Of a stretch of DNA of 64,000 nucleotides, positions 38,095-50,641 are shown one piece after another. Numbering within the stretch: the stretch's first letter is position 1; each line of letters begins with the position of its first letter. Below the pieces are notes generated by a model that ran no database searches, was not told the DNA's origin, and worked only from the letters and a program-made list of their open reading frames with translations. A program made the translations under genes and the position numbers. Source of the DNA: Octopus bimaculoides (Eukaryota); the NCBI RefSeq assembly GCF_001194135.2, contig NC_068982.1, positions 38,719,523-38,783,522 of the forward strand. The letters are read 5' to 3'.

Positions 38095-39012
38095 AATAAT
38101 ACATATAGGTGCCAGTAGGAAAGAGAGAGACACACAACCGTGTAGAATGTTTGAGAGAAGTTTTATTGGTGTTAACATGTGTGCCAGAGTGTGCGTCATA
38201 TATACAGAATAATAGGCAGGCCGTCATGAGAACAAAGTGTATGTGTGCATAGACATGGATGTATGCGTGTGCGTTACGTACATATAAGAATAGAAATGAA
38301 AAAGGAGACAGTGAAAGAGTCTATAATGAGAAGTTAGACGAATGTTCGTAGACACAAGAATGAGAAATACCAGTTCGTAGTTAATTGTACACAGTGGTTG
38401 AAATACTGTACCAAGAAGTTGCAGCGATGATGCAGAGCCGGTGTGGTAGTGTCGTACGAAGTTGTGACTGTAATACTGCTGCCTAGATCACTTGTACAGG
38501 AGTTCTCGCAGTTTGTATATTCGCTGTTAACCATGGTGAAGTAATTCACAAACAGTGCTATGTTGGAACCTGTGCAGTGTTGCTTGAACTGTGTACGTAG
38601 AGAGATGATGTTGACGACATTAAGAAGATAATGGTGGCGACGAAGACGGAGGTTCGTCATGCTGTTGGACGGATCGTCTGGCGTTGTCACAGAAACTGGC
38701 TGTGCCTTGTGTGGTTAGTGGCTAAACTTTAAAAGGTCTGGAGCCAAAGACCTCGAGACGAGGAGAAGGTGAGTTTTTATAAAGAACAGTAGGTTCAAAC
38801 GGAGTTGAGATGCTCTATTTAGATGCTCTGATTGTTTATACGCTGCTCATTGGCGCGATAGAGTAAGAGACAAATTGCGCCAATACCAACCTATCAGAGT
38901 AGTAGACACAACATGATCCAAATAGCGGCCAAAGCTTAGCAGTTATCTGCTACGCTCGAATGCCCGTATACATAATAAAGGGGAGAGGAATTTCACTCGA
39001 GTGTACGCTACA
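38095..39012 (-). mobile_element. LTR-like ~0.9-kb repeat, copy A (probable solo LTR)
   Basis: Begins TGTAGCGTACACTCGAGTG on the minus strand, has TATAAAA ~230 nt in and AATAAA near the end, and is collinear with 50642-51900. No conserved ORF. TSD not found. Confidence 0.55.
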
Positions 39013-40199
39013 AACTAAAGGGAAAATAGGCAGTGATGGTTTATATTTTCCTTGCTTGATAGCTGCAAGTTTGATCGGGCGTGTAGTCTATTAGATATTT
39101 TTACACATATTAATACTTCAATGTTAGGACAATGGGTTGGCAAATCGTTTGAGCATTGGTCCAAACCGTTGACGCCTTGAGGCATACATTTCGATTTTTT
39201 AAGTTCTGAATTCGAATTCTTCCATGCTCAATAAAATAGAGTACCAGCCAAGCAACGGGGCCGTTATAATCGACTTTCTCTGAACCATACTTTTTTCGGA
39301 GTTCTCTTCCTTACTTACTGAATTTGAAGAGAATGATCATTGGTGCTAATGGACTTTCTTCTCTTTACGAATATAATTCTAATTGATTAAACATTCCTTT
39401 TAGCATACCACATCAAGTATCTTAGTCCGCACTTAATTATGGAAAATTGACTTGCAGATATCATTTTCTCCATAACTAATTACACTTAAGTTACCTTGAA
39501 CATATTCTAGGATGCTGGAGTATACGATGTTCTCATTTTTTATACACAGTATTTTTCCTAAAAAAAGGAAGCAGAAATATTAGTAGTGTTCGCTCTCTGA
39601 GTTATGATTTTGTTTTAGATTATAATCAGACCTAAAAATTTCTTACCAGAATTTCATTCGTTCACTCTATTGGAACATGTAATCGCATGTTTGCTATATA
39701 ACAGAACAAACAACGTTGTATTAGAACCTTAGAGGCTCCTATTTAGAAATTTATAATTCTGTCTACAATTATATACAATTATGTACAGTCGATTCTGTTT
39801 AATTGCAGCTTGGATAATTACATAATTCTGTTAATTGTACTACTCTTCAAAACTCCGAACTATTTACTATCGAATCCATTAAACATTGATTAATATCAGT
39901 TAAATGCATAACATTTTCGTGAATTCGAGTAATAAAATGGTGAAAAGCAAAGGTCGGCGTCAGCGTTTTATAGCAGCCTGGGCTAGAAAACTATGAGAAC
40001 AGGCAAAATGTTTATATAATATTGTTATATGAGTTTTTACATAATTAATCAATTCTAAGTCACTTTTCGATGTAATTGTAAAGCTACAATAAATAAAAAG
40101 AGTGAAGCAATGTTTATAAGGACACACGCATACATTACACAATAACAATTCTATCCTGGTGCTCTGCTACTAAACGAAGAACAATGTCTTTAAGATTCA

Positions 40200-41440
40200 G
40201 GTTTTCGGTACATCTTCAATTTAAAGCAATTATGCTTGAATTGTCCAGACTGTTGTCCACCATCGACTTTTGTAGATAAATCTCTGTCATTCGTAGTTTC
40301 GAAAAATGTGTACACAACACATACTGTTGACAGATAGCGTTATAGCATTTTGAAGGCATCATTGTAGGGATGTTAAAACTCAAATAAATCGGTTAATGGG
40401 TTGAATATGCATGACTTCCGCTTGATTTGACCCTTTAGATTGAGGCACTCTGCTTACATCGTCTTTGATCAGTTAATACATCTCTGTCATGAAGTTCAGA
40501 CCGTCAATACCGAGAAACTGGTCGCTTAGAGATTAAGACAGAAAAGCGGTGTTACAGGTCTGAGAAAATTCGACCCAAATCAGGTCTCACAGCTGTTTGT
40601 CTTAAGTTCAGTGTCCTTGTTACTCGATCGTATGCCACGTATCTTCATCGTTCATCTTGTTTCGTTCGGTATCAAGATCCTCAATGTAACTCGATATCAC
40701 TTCCCTTGTTACATTCATTATACACTTAAGAAGATTACATCGTCTCCGTCTGTGGCTTGAGTCGTAATAGAACTTTTCTATGTGGAAAATACTTGTAGAT
40801 ATAGAAGCGACTTGTTCTCAGATGACTTGGTTTTCTAACTGAAATGCAATAGAGTGTACAAAATAAATGAACTCATGAGTCGATATCTAACCCATTGGTT
40901 TTTGCACATTTCCATTCTGTTGTCCACCAATGTTCACGTCCTTTTTTTTTTGGAAATCTTCTGTAGTGCTGTTAATCGTAAAAAAAAGTCGGTAATTCTT
41001 ACAAATTGACATTGCGTGAACTTCGTTGGTCATAGATAATTTAGACATACATCTTTCCCAAAGGTTTTGGTAACTCTTCCATACAGAAGCAGCAGCGGTA
41101 TAGAACTACAACCTCTTGTGGATATCCAAAAAGTCCTTTTGCTCAGTAAAGCACGCTTCCGGTCGAAAAAAAAATACCTCTCTTAACGAATACCTGCGCA
41201 GGTGCTGTTATTATTTTTTTTTGTCTGGAAAACAATATAATGCATTTTCTTCCGCACTCTACCTCTGATATATTTGATAAAACTATAGATTGATTGTCCG
41301 AGAACTTAGGGCAAATGATGTTTCTTTCAAATTTTTCTGAACTGTAGCTGAAAGAGTTTATTGATTTGGTTCTAATACCTGTAGGATGAGAACCCTGAAT
41401 TTGCTTAATCGCAACTATCTTGAAAATTCCAACTTCCACT
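40200..41440 (-). pseudogene. Possible highly decayed protein-kinase (IRE1/RNase L-like?) coding remnant
   Basis: Scattered motifs in kinase order on the minus strand (FGVEVGIFKIVAIKQI; VRITDF; GREHWWTTE; DIDS; FILYTLLHF), needing frameshifts and stops. No HRD motif seen. Confidence 0.2.
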
Positions 41441-42339
41441 CCGAAGGTTGTATTTTAATGTAAAAAATATTTTCCTATAACAAACCGTAGTACAACATGG
41501 TCACTTCTCATTCAATGTCTGTCACAGTGCAATCACTCTTTTATCGACTAGCATCCTCTAAATTTGTTAAATCCATTGATTTTACAGGCCTTTCAAAATA
41601 TTCTAATTCTGGAGAAGCTGACGTTTTGAAAATCTTTAAATGTGAAGAATATTCGACATCTTACGTAACCGCATCACGCCTCATTCTAATGAATTGCATA
41701 TCACTTATGAATTGTATCTGTAACAAAACATTAACATGCCTTTGTTTTAAAAAATGACAAAAGGTCTGCTAACACAACAGACCAACACATTAAGAAACAG
41801 TGTTATATCACCATTAAAATAAAGTAAATAAAGATTATCACATTACATCACTAAATAAACAAATATTTTTACAATGCGGTAATTTTTCTTATCTCAAAGT
41901 CACTTAAACCTGTTGTGAGTGTGGCTTACAGAGAGGTGATAAAAAGAAAAATAAGGCTTTGACCTATATCTGCGTATTCAACGGACGACCCAGAACAGGT
42001 GAGTCTATGTAAGAAAGAATAGAATAGGCAAAAAGAACGCTAAATAACAGTGGTTCATGTAGATATGCTGGTAAAAGCATTTGTGTAAGGGCTGAAGTAG
42101 AACCTAAAATGATTTTTGGTTCGAAAACTTTTCAAATAACCTCCCAAACGAAAAAATCACACAAGCTAACTAATTATACAATTTAGTTGAAACTAATATG
42201 CTAACATGCTAATGTGCTCATACAAAAGTAAAAATATTACAAACATTTTTTTATTGCAAAATGACAATATTTGATAACAGTTTTAATACTTAAATATCAT
42301 TGTTACATCAGAGAAGTTCAAACAAGTTCAGAACAGAAG

Positions 42340-42560
42340 AACTAAAGATGAACGTGTTGTTAATATCGGCAACATCATTACACACTTGTGTGAACCAAAT
42401 GATTCAGGCAATCATGTCCCATAGAGTTGTGCAAATAACTCTTTAATCTTCTGACGGCATTAAAGAACACTCAGAAGAAGATCCAAAGGAGCAGGAAACG
42501 TAGACTAATTTGAACTGTAATTCTAACGAAGTACTGAATGTCAGTAAGCTAGCGTCTCTG
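42340..42560 (-). mobile_element. hAT transposase C-terminal dimerization-domain remnant
   Basis: Minus strand reads ...NAVRRLKSYLHNSMGHDCLNHL, matching the hAT ERSFSxLRRLKSYLRSTMGQxRLNxL motif. Confidence 0.72.
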
Positions 42561-43727
42561 AAAAATTGACCATAGTTCCCATTCAAAAAGCCACTTGAAC
42601 TTTGCACGAATCAATGGAAGTGCTTTCTGCAGTCTTTCGTCTCGAATATCTTTGATAAAGGACCCTCCATCAGGTCGACCGTATGTGTATATATATAGTC
42701 TCCCTTCTTCACCATTACCAATACTATTTGACTTGAGTGGATACAACATGATACAGTGTCGTCACAAGCAATCTGCCCGATCCTCTAACAGTTCCACTTG
42801 TAACGAGGCTCCTGATGAATTTTGAACTATCTTCCGGAATTTCCTGGATCACGAATACGGCCTTTCATATCAACATAAAACGCAATGTACCACGCGAATA
42901 TGGCTCACCCAATCAGTACTGACTGACTTATTATGGTCAGAGAAAGTGTGACAGGTTTCCTACTAAACAGCTTAGTCGAAGGTTCTAAGAAATTTGACTT
43001 ATGGTTATAAAAAGTTGGTGACTTCAACTCCAGACCAGAGCCATTCAGCATTCCACACGCAAGTATGTTTCTCTACTCAATGAGTCAGTCTCTCACTCTC
43101 TTTCACTTTTCTTACATGCTTGAAGCGTAGTGTTGAATTACGCACGTTGATTATATGTAGTAGTTTTAACTTCCATTTATCTTGTCTTCAGTAACCATGG
43201 GCTACTTTTATAATGTTATCTATAATGTTGTATCACAAAATATTCCTAACTATTATGTTCGTTCTTACATTGAATTACTTATCTGTTTACATGTAAATAT
43301 ATACTATGCAGGTTAATACAATAGATATATGAAAACACAAATGAATATTAGTGTGGTCATTATTAACTTCACACGCAGCCTACCTAATATTAGGAATTAC
43401 CAATAAAGAATTTATGACCAAACACTACACTAAAAATTACTGACTCCGACCTCCTGCTAGAAACAACACTAAACTGACCCAATTCACTACCGACTATACT
43501 GCTGACCCAACGTGTGCGATATCGTTATAATAACAAAAATTGGTGAGCCCAAACGCTATAACACTATATTAGTGACCCGAACATATCAAATTACAAAAAT
43601 GGTAACCTAATGACGAAGAAAAAAAATGAACACCTGCGAATAATATCGCTAAAATGAGAACTCAACCCGCAAGCAACATCCATATACCACCACTACATTA
43701 GTGATCTGATATCTCTATCATCTAATT

Positions 43728-43990
43728 CAGTGGTTTCCAAAGTGGGCGGTCTTTCCCCTCTGAGGACGGCGGAAAGATCCAGAGAGTGACGCTAAAGGAA
43801 AGTGGGGGTGATAATGGGGTGGCTAAGGGTGGGGGATGATGGAAGTAAAAACAACAAAATAATAGGTTAAGTTTAATTTGTGAAAATAGTTGGTTTGAAT
43901 TTTATGCAGAAAATGGTCTGTATTTGTGGTGGTGAATGGGAGTAGGGTACGCTAGGAATGTGGCAGCCCGGAAAAGTTTGGGAATCACTG
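43728..43990. mobile_element. hAT (Charlie-like) MITE
   Basis: CAGTGGTTTCCAAA...TTTGGGAATCACTG TIRs; perfect 8-bp TSD atctaatt. Confidence 0.88.
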
Positions 43991-44384
43991 ATCTAATTGG
44001 CGACTCGACAAACCAGGGACTACAGATGATATTTCTGCGGACCAATATCAACACAATGTCTTTTGGTATCCGTGTCTATGGAGTACTCAGCCATTTACAT
44101 ATCCTTTTAATGGGTTATACGCTCAATTGACTGATCATCTGAATGTTCATGATCGAAACCGACGGAGGATCCATCAGTGTTTTTTTGTTTTTGTCGCTAC
44201 TAGGATTTTAGTGTGTACATTGAAGTCTTTCTTATTTATATGTTGCTTAGATATGTCTTAAGGCGTTATAGATGGTGTGTAGTTTAGTTGTGGGATGGTT
44301 AGTTGTTATATGTAGAGTATATGTTTATCTATACTATAACGAAGAAAACTGCTTATTAATTAGTTATGAATATCTTATCTTTTA

Positions 44385-44755
44385 TCTTGCTTTAGCCAAT
44401 AGACTGCGGCCATGCTGGGGCACCGCCTTAAGGAATTTTAATTGAACCAATCGATCCCGGTATTTATTTTCTTTTTAAACCTGGTACTTATTCTATCGAC
44501 CTCTTTTGCCAAACCACTAAGTTACGGGGACGTAAACACACCAACATCGATTGAAAAGCAGTGGCGGGGAACAAACACCTTCACAAAGACAATACGACAG
44601 GCTTCTTTAAGATTCCGTCTACTAAATCTACACTCAAGGGTTTGGTCGGCCCGAGGCTGTAACAGAAGACACTTGCCCAAGGTACCACGCAGTAACACTG
44701 AACCCAGAGGCATGTGGTTGGGAAGCAAACTTGTTACCACACAGCCACGCCAGCA
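44385..44755 (-). mobile_element. SINE family B, CpG-retaining full-length copy
   Basis: Homologous to 9965-10350. Explains ORFs 44442-44798 and 44522-44740. Confidence 0.85.
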
Positions 44756-45399
44756 CCTATATATCTTAACAACTTTATTAAAGGAAAACGATTACTAAAG
44801 TCTCCACCGTCTAGAAAATACCAGTTTTAATATATTTTTATCAAAATGTAGTTTTCAAACATCTTTTATTATTGAAGACTAATTTTAATTCACCGCGTGA
44901 TAATCATCTTACACTGTGCGATAATGTTTTTAAGGCCTTTGTTTATTCTTCTAGAAATATAAAGGTTGCTTAAATATTTCCAGCGCTAGTTGTATTAACG
45001 TTTCAGTTGCTGTTTTCTGTACGAATGCTTTCATTTCAGCGTGTTAGTGACAGGGGTGTAGCGGTCTCTGTTTTATAGGGAGCGAGGGACAAATATATGC
45101 TGAAGGTATAACATATAACGCTTAAGGAAGGAGGAGACTAATTTGGCTACCGTAAAGGGTGGCCAAAACCCACGCAACAACACTGGTTGTCGGGTAGTTT
45201 CAGTTTTTTGCGGTAGCATGATTTCAGTGGAAGCATGATTTCAGGTGTTTAATGTGGGCTTTCATTATTTCATGTATTTTATTGGATTGTCCTGACTTAT
45301 CGGATGGTTTTAGAGATATGGCAGACGGGGATGTTCTGCGTTAAGGTTTAAAATTTTGTTCCTTTATTATTGCAATGCCTATATCCTATGTAATAATAG

Positions 45400-45615
45400 T
45401 TTCAAATTTTGGCTCAAGGCCAGCAATTCTGTAGAAAGGGGCAAGTCAATTACATTGACCCCAGTGCTCAACTGGTACTTATTTTATCGTTCTCGAAAGA
45501 GTGAAAGGCAAAATTGATCTCGGTGGAACTTGAACTCAGAAGGTAAAAACGGACGGAATGCCGCTAAGAATTTTGCCCGGCGTGCAAACAATTTTGCCAG
45601 TTCGCCGCCTTATTT
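45400..45615 (-). mobile_element. SINE family A copy
   Basis: Family consensus on the minus strand. Confidence 0.8.
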
Positions 45616-46323
45616 CATATGTAATAATGACACTTTTAACCTGCATAAAGGTATCTTGGTACTGTCCAATTTGTATGTGGTGACCTTAGGCTTTTGTATA
45701 TTAACTATTTTTATAGCTGCCATACTCTATACAACAATATCGCTATTATAAATCAAGAAGAAAGCCATTTTTTTGTGTTTCGAAGTATAATTTAATAGGT
45801 TTTGGGGGCTTCATGTTGTATGCATGCGTAGCAGTTTTGTATTGAGATACTACAAACGTTCTCTTTGTTTGGTTTGTGTAGAGTCATTGCCTTCAAAATT
45901 TTCTCACGCTTATTATTGATCAATATATTTTACTGAATCGAATTTCAATCATTCCAAATGTGACCATTACGTTTTTTGTTCAGGTATAATGAATGAAGGA
46001 CTGCAATAGGTAGATTGTTGTTTCACTTTAAAGATGGTTGAGTGGGATTTGACGGAGATGTCGAAAATAAAGATGGATTGATGAAGAAAATTTCTGCCTT
46101 AAAAAAGGTTGTCAGTCACTTTACTAAACTGGTTTGGCTATATTCATCTTCTTCAACAATCAATCAAGGAACAAGCATAGCTGGGTGGTTAAATAACGAG
46201 CCTACCAATTACGTTGTTCAGCATTCAATCTTAATGCCCAGAATTTTTGACAATTGTCTGTTATAGTCTTGGATCGATCAAGCCCTGAATATGAATTTGA
46301 GTAAACCAAAAATGTGTGAAAGT

Positions 46324-46491
46324 CAGTGGCGTAGCTAGAGTGTATGTCGCCCGGTACAGACTTGAGTCTTTCCCCACTCCTAGGCCGCCATAGCTATACA
46401 GGGTTATATAGGAGAGCCAAAAGTGGCACTCCCATAAAAACGTTGTTTGGGGCGGACCACCTCCTCGTAGTTCACCCTAACTACGCTACTG
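46324..46491. mobile_element. hAT-like MITE
   Basis: CAGTGGCGTAGCTAG / CTAACTACGCTACTG TIRs; degenerate 8-bp TSD gtgaaagt/gtggaagc. Confidence 0.7.
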
Positions 46492-48860
46492 GTGGAAGCT
46501 TACTGGTTGAACTGTAGTTTTCCATGGGTAGTTGACTTAACTCGTAGTCCAAAGTAACCTAACCCTTGGATGTCTTCTGCAGTGTCTTGTCTATTGCAAG
46601 TATTCGGACTAGTTCTTTAGTTTAGGGACAACGCATGAGTCATAACTTTTTCTTTCGTTTCTCTCACCAGTCTCTAAAACCCTGCTAAAGGGCCACATAC
46701 GTTGCTCTTCCTGCTCTGACTAAGCCATAAAAACAAAAGTAGTGTGAATCTATTTCTGTCCTCCTAACTAAGATTGAACTAAGGCATCCAATAACTAACT
46801 AGCTACGTCTGACCCCACTAATGATGTTATGATCTCCGCGAAAAAACAACAAAAATGCTAGGACGTTTATAGACCCATTGTTGCATTAGTAAGATGATTG
46901 CAGCATGCACCGATTTTAGATTTCTCTTTCCTCCCCTCTCACTCACCGACCTTTTCTAACTGTTTGCATTGACTAGCATATCAGTTGATTATATCTTCAA
47001 TCAGACTAACTCAGTAAGTATTTGCTTTTATATTAATACACCGTATGATTATCAACTGTATTATGCAGGTGATTTTCTTCGCTGCGAGAATCCAATTGCA
47101 TGAAAACTGTCCACAAAGTCCAGTCAAACGTCCAGACGTTTAACAGTACAGATGTCATGTATGCTGGTGGATAATGCAGACACAAACCATATAATTACAA
47201 GCCAACCTCTCTCTTCCTTTTCTCCTTATTCCTTTCTTTCAGTTTCTTGCTTTCCTTTACTTTTTATTTTATTTTATTTTATTTCATTTCATTATATTTA
47301 TTTGGATTCTTTTATTTGCTTTCTTTTTATCTTTCATTCCTTTTACTACTGTTCCCTGGTAACACGTGGAAGATTTTTTTCTTCTTTTAGGTAGGTACTC
47401 CCATTCTACTTCTATATTTTGGGCTACAGCATTGAACTTTTCTAATAACTTAACCCCAGCTCTAACGCAAATCTTGTAGGGATGCAGATGTGTCATGAAA
47501 TGGTGTAGACAGTTCGTTGTTATAAATCCGACGATAATTTTGTTTCCTTGGCTTGCCAGACGTACTTCAGCAGATAAAGTGAAGTTTCCTGACAATTTCC
47601 AGACATAATTACGAACAAGGTTAATTGGATAAAGAACACCCATACCAGTATCGCTTGTTTCTCAATTAGTAAATTATAATTTGGATTGTGACTAATATAT
47701 TACACAACCAGCATTAACTGAAGCCAATGTCAATACTGGCTACTATTTTATATAGAAAATAAAATATATGAAGACGTATTAACAGAATCTATAAAAATCT
47801 AATCAGACTGTCTAATTATGTCAATAGGATGTTGGCCTTCTGCCCAGAGGCAGGAGTTCATATCCTGTGGTCAGGGGTACAATGTTCTTGCAAAAGATAA
47901 AATTTTTTGATGGCTTAGCTATAAATAAATCATAGCCTAGAAATTCAGCAAGAGGAACTATATAACTGTCTAGAATTTCATTAGCTTTCAATGTTAAACT
48001 AAAATCATAGGGTTTCTGTCTAGGATGAAAGACAGATCTTGTAACCGTTATGCGTCAGGGCGCCTTGATCATTCCAAGGTTAAATACAGAGAATAAATTT
48101 AATGATTTTGCAGCATTTTAATCAGTAGTGTTTCCATTTAACGCATGATATCCATTTTTTGTATATTCAGTACCTTACGTGTTGCCATTGTTGCTTAACT
48201 CCAAGTCAGTTCTGATCAATAGTCTAGCCATTGTCAGCACCATCATTTCTGAGACATAGCTTGTTCAAAACTACATTTAAAGCGAAGTGCTCTTCCATTT
48301 TCTAAAAAGATAACCAGTATAGGGCACTGAATCAAACATTTCTCTACTCAGTTACTGCACCAATAATCGGAAAGCCGCCTCCATTCAGCCTTACCATTCT
48401 GTTCTCTTAAGAGTGATTATTATTACACACACACAAACACATGCATATATATATATATACATACAGACATACATTCATATATGTATATATACACATACAC
48501 ACACTTATATAACAAACTATTAAAGAGTACCTGTTCTAGATCACATGATATAGGGAAAAGGCCATTATTTGTTTCTATTGATTATATGAAGAGAAGTTTC
48601 ATAAGTTTTCATAAGTGTATATAAATAAAATAACTTATTATACGCAGGAACTTCGTGTCTTTGCTCAGTTCCACTTGTATCTTGTATATTTTCGAATTAA
48701 CTTTCTAATGCTCACAAGAGTAAATATGTTAACGCTATTTTAGCTATTGCTTTTACGCGCAGAGGTTGTCTCCTAGTAAAATCTCTGTGATTCATTATTT
48801 TAAATAATCTAATTTTTTTAACGTCAATCTACTTTATTACTAAAGCAAGTGCAGTGAAGT

Positions 48861-49247
48861 GTTGTTGTTGGCACTCCGTCGCTTACGACGTCGAGGGTTC
48901 CAGTTGATCCGATCAACGGAACAGCCTGCTCGTGAAATTAACGTGCAAGTGGCTGAGCACTCCACAGACACGTGTACCCTTAACGTATTTCTCGGGGATA
49001 TTCAGCGTGACACAGTGTGACAAAGCTGACCCTTTGAATTACAGGCACAACAGAAACAGGAAGTAAGAGTGAGAGAAAGTTGTGGTGAAAGAGTACAGCA
49101 AGGTTCGCCACCATCCCCTGCCGGAGCCTCGTGGAGCTTTAGGTGTTTTCGCTCAATAAACACTCACAACGCCCGATCTGGGAATCGAAACCGCGATCCT
49201 ACGACCGCAAGTCCGCTGCCCTAATCACTGGGCCATTGCGCATCCAC
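48861..49247 (-). mobile_element. Young tRNA-derived SINE family D (probably tRNA-Arg derived, OR-type octopus SINE)
   Basis: Minus strand 5' end GCGCAATGGCCCAGTG (A box) ... GGTTTCGATTCCC (B box), ~385 bp, (CAA)n tail. Near-identical copy at 58313-58698. Confidence 0.85.
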
Positions 49248-49499
49248 CGCAGTGTATGTTTCATTGAAGTTTTATTTGACTGAAGCATATTCAGAGTTGC
49301 GTCCCGTTCTTTCCGAAATAATTAAAACATTCGTCTTTGAGCTAACATTGTCTTTTCTTCACCTCAAAATTATCTTTAATTTGCTTTTGATACTCTCTGC
49401 ATAATACGTGTTAGCACTAATTTCACTGCTGCTTTTATGCAGTGACATCACTTTCGAGTTACGTTTTGAAAATATGTGCGTGAGTGCTTATACTCGTAT

Positions 49500-49531
49500 G
49501 CATCATGTATGTGTATGTGCGTGCGTGTGTT

Positions 49532-49577
<46 letters not shown>

Positions 49578-49610
49578 GTGTGTGTGTGCGTGTTTGTGTG
49601 TGTGTGTGTC
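49500..49610. repeat. (TG)n microsatellite
   Basis: Direct reading. Confidence 0.95.
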
Positions 49611-50439
49611 GGTTATGTTCTCATTATCAGTGCAATTATGTTTCTATATGCGTTCACATACATTAGAGAAACATCTGAAGTGACACATACATGGACGTGG
49701 GCCATTTCGTGTAAAGGTGTCTGGGTTCGTATGAATGTGTAGGTATCAGTCGAAATATATATAATGCAACACATCAGATGATTGAAGTTTCAAACTTTCT
49801 CTGAAGTAGAGAGAGGGAAAGCGGTTTCTTGATTAGAAGGTTTACTATCTCCATGATGAACTTATGTAGGGTTACGGTGTAATAGAAAGGTTATTTAGTG
49901 ATGTGTTTTGAGATATTGCCCAGACCGAAATTGCTAACAAGGCAGTAAGCTGTCTGTAGATAAACTTCAGCAGTGATAAGGAAATACTTAAAGGAATGCA
50001 AAGGGCATTTTACTAGTTGACATTTTGTAAGAAACTAACAGATGCCAAGTGTGGCTTAATGGATATAGCGCAAAGGAAATAAGTTCGACCCCATTTATTC
50101 TCTAAATTCTCACCTCTCTTAACTCTTGCATAACAAGTTTTCGAAATCAAACTGAAATATAACAACGAAGCCACCTACTTAATCGATAATTCAAACTTTT
50201 TCTCTAGATTGGGTCATACATGCATCATATCGATAAATTAGCTCACTAGAATATATTGTGCCAGAAACGTTGATATTGGTTAGCATGACATTGTTGTAAA
50301 TAGTCAAATAGTAACGAGAAGAGAAAGCCGTTGCAGGGTTCGATTCTCGCTTGAAGCTGTTTTACTTTACATTGTTAATGTCTTTAAAAATGCATTAACA
50401 TGATTTATATAGTTTACTTACATAGATTATTATCGCTTA

Positions 50440-50630
50440 TCGTTAGCACGCCGGACACAATGCTTTGTAGCATTTCTTCCGGTTTTACGTTCTGAGTCCA
50501 AATTCCGCCGAGGTCTACTTTACTTTTTCATCCTTTTTTGGGTCGATAAAATAAGTACCAGCTGAGGTCGATGTAATCGACTAGTCCTTCCAAAATTTCA
50601 GGACTTGTGCCTATAGTAGAAAGGATTTAT
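50440..50630 (+). mobile_element. SINE family A copy
   Basis: Family consensus, immediately upstream of LTR-like copy B. Confidence 0.78.
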
Positions 50631-50641
50631 CCAGATGATTT

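Noticed and set aside
47284-47643. 119-aa minus-strand ORF
   Set aside because: No recognisable domain or convincing splice sites, and the C-terminal part is low-complexity purine-rich sequence.
49170-49247. Functional tRNA gene (also 58620-58698)
   Set aside because: The tRNA-like head continues into a ~300-bp shared body with a (CAA)n tail, and no proper acceptor stem closes. It is a SINE.
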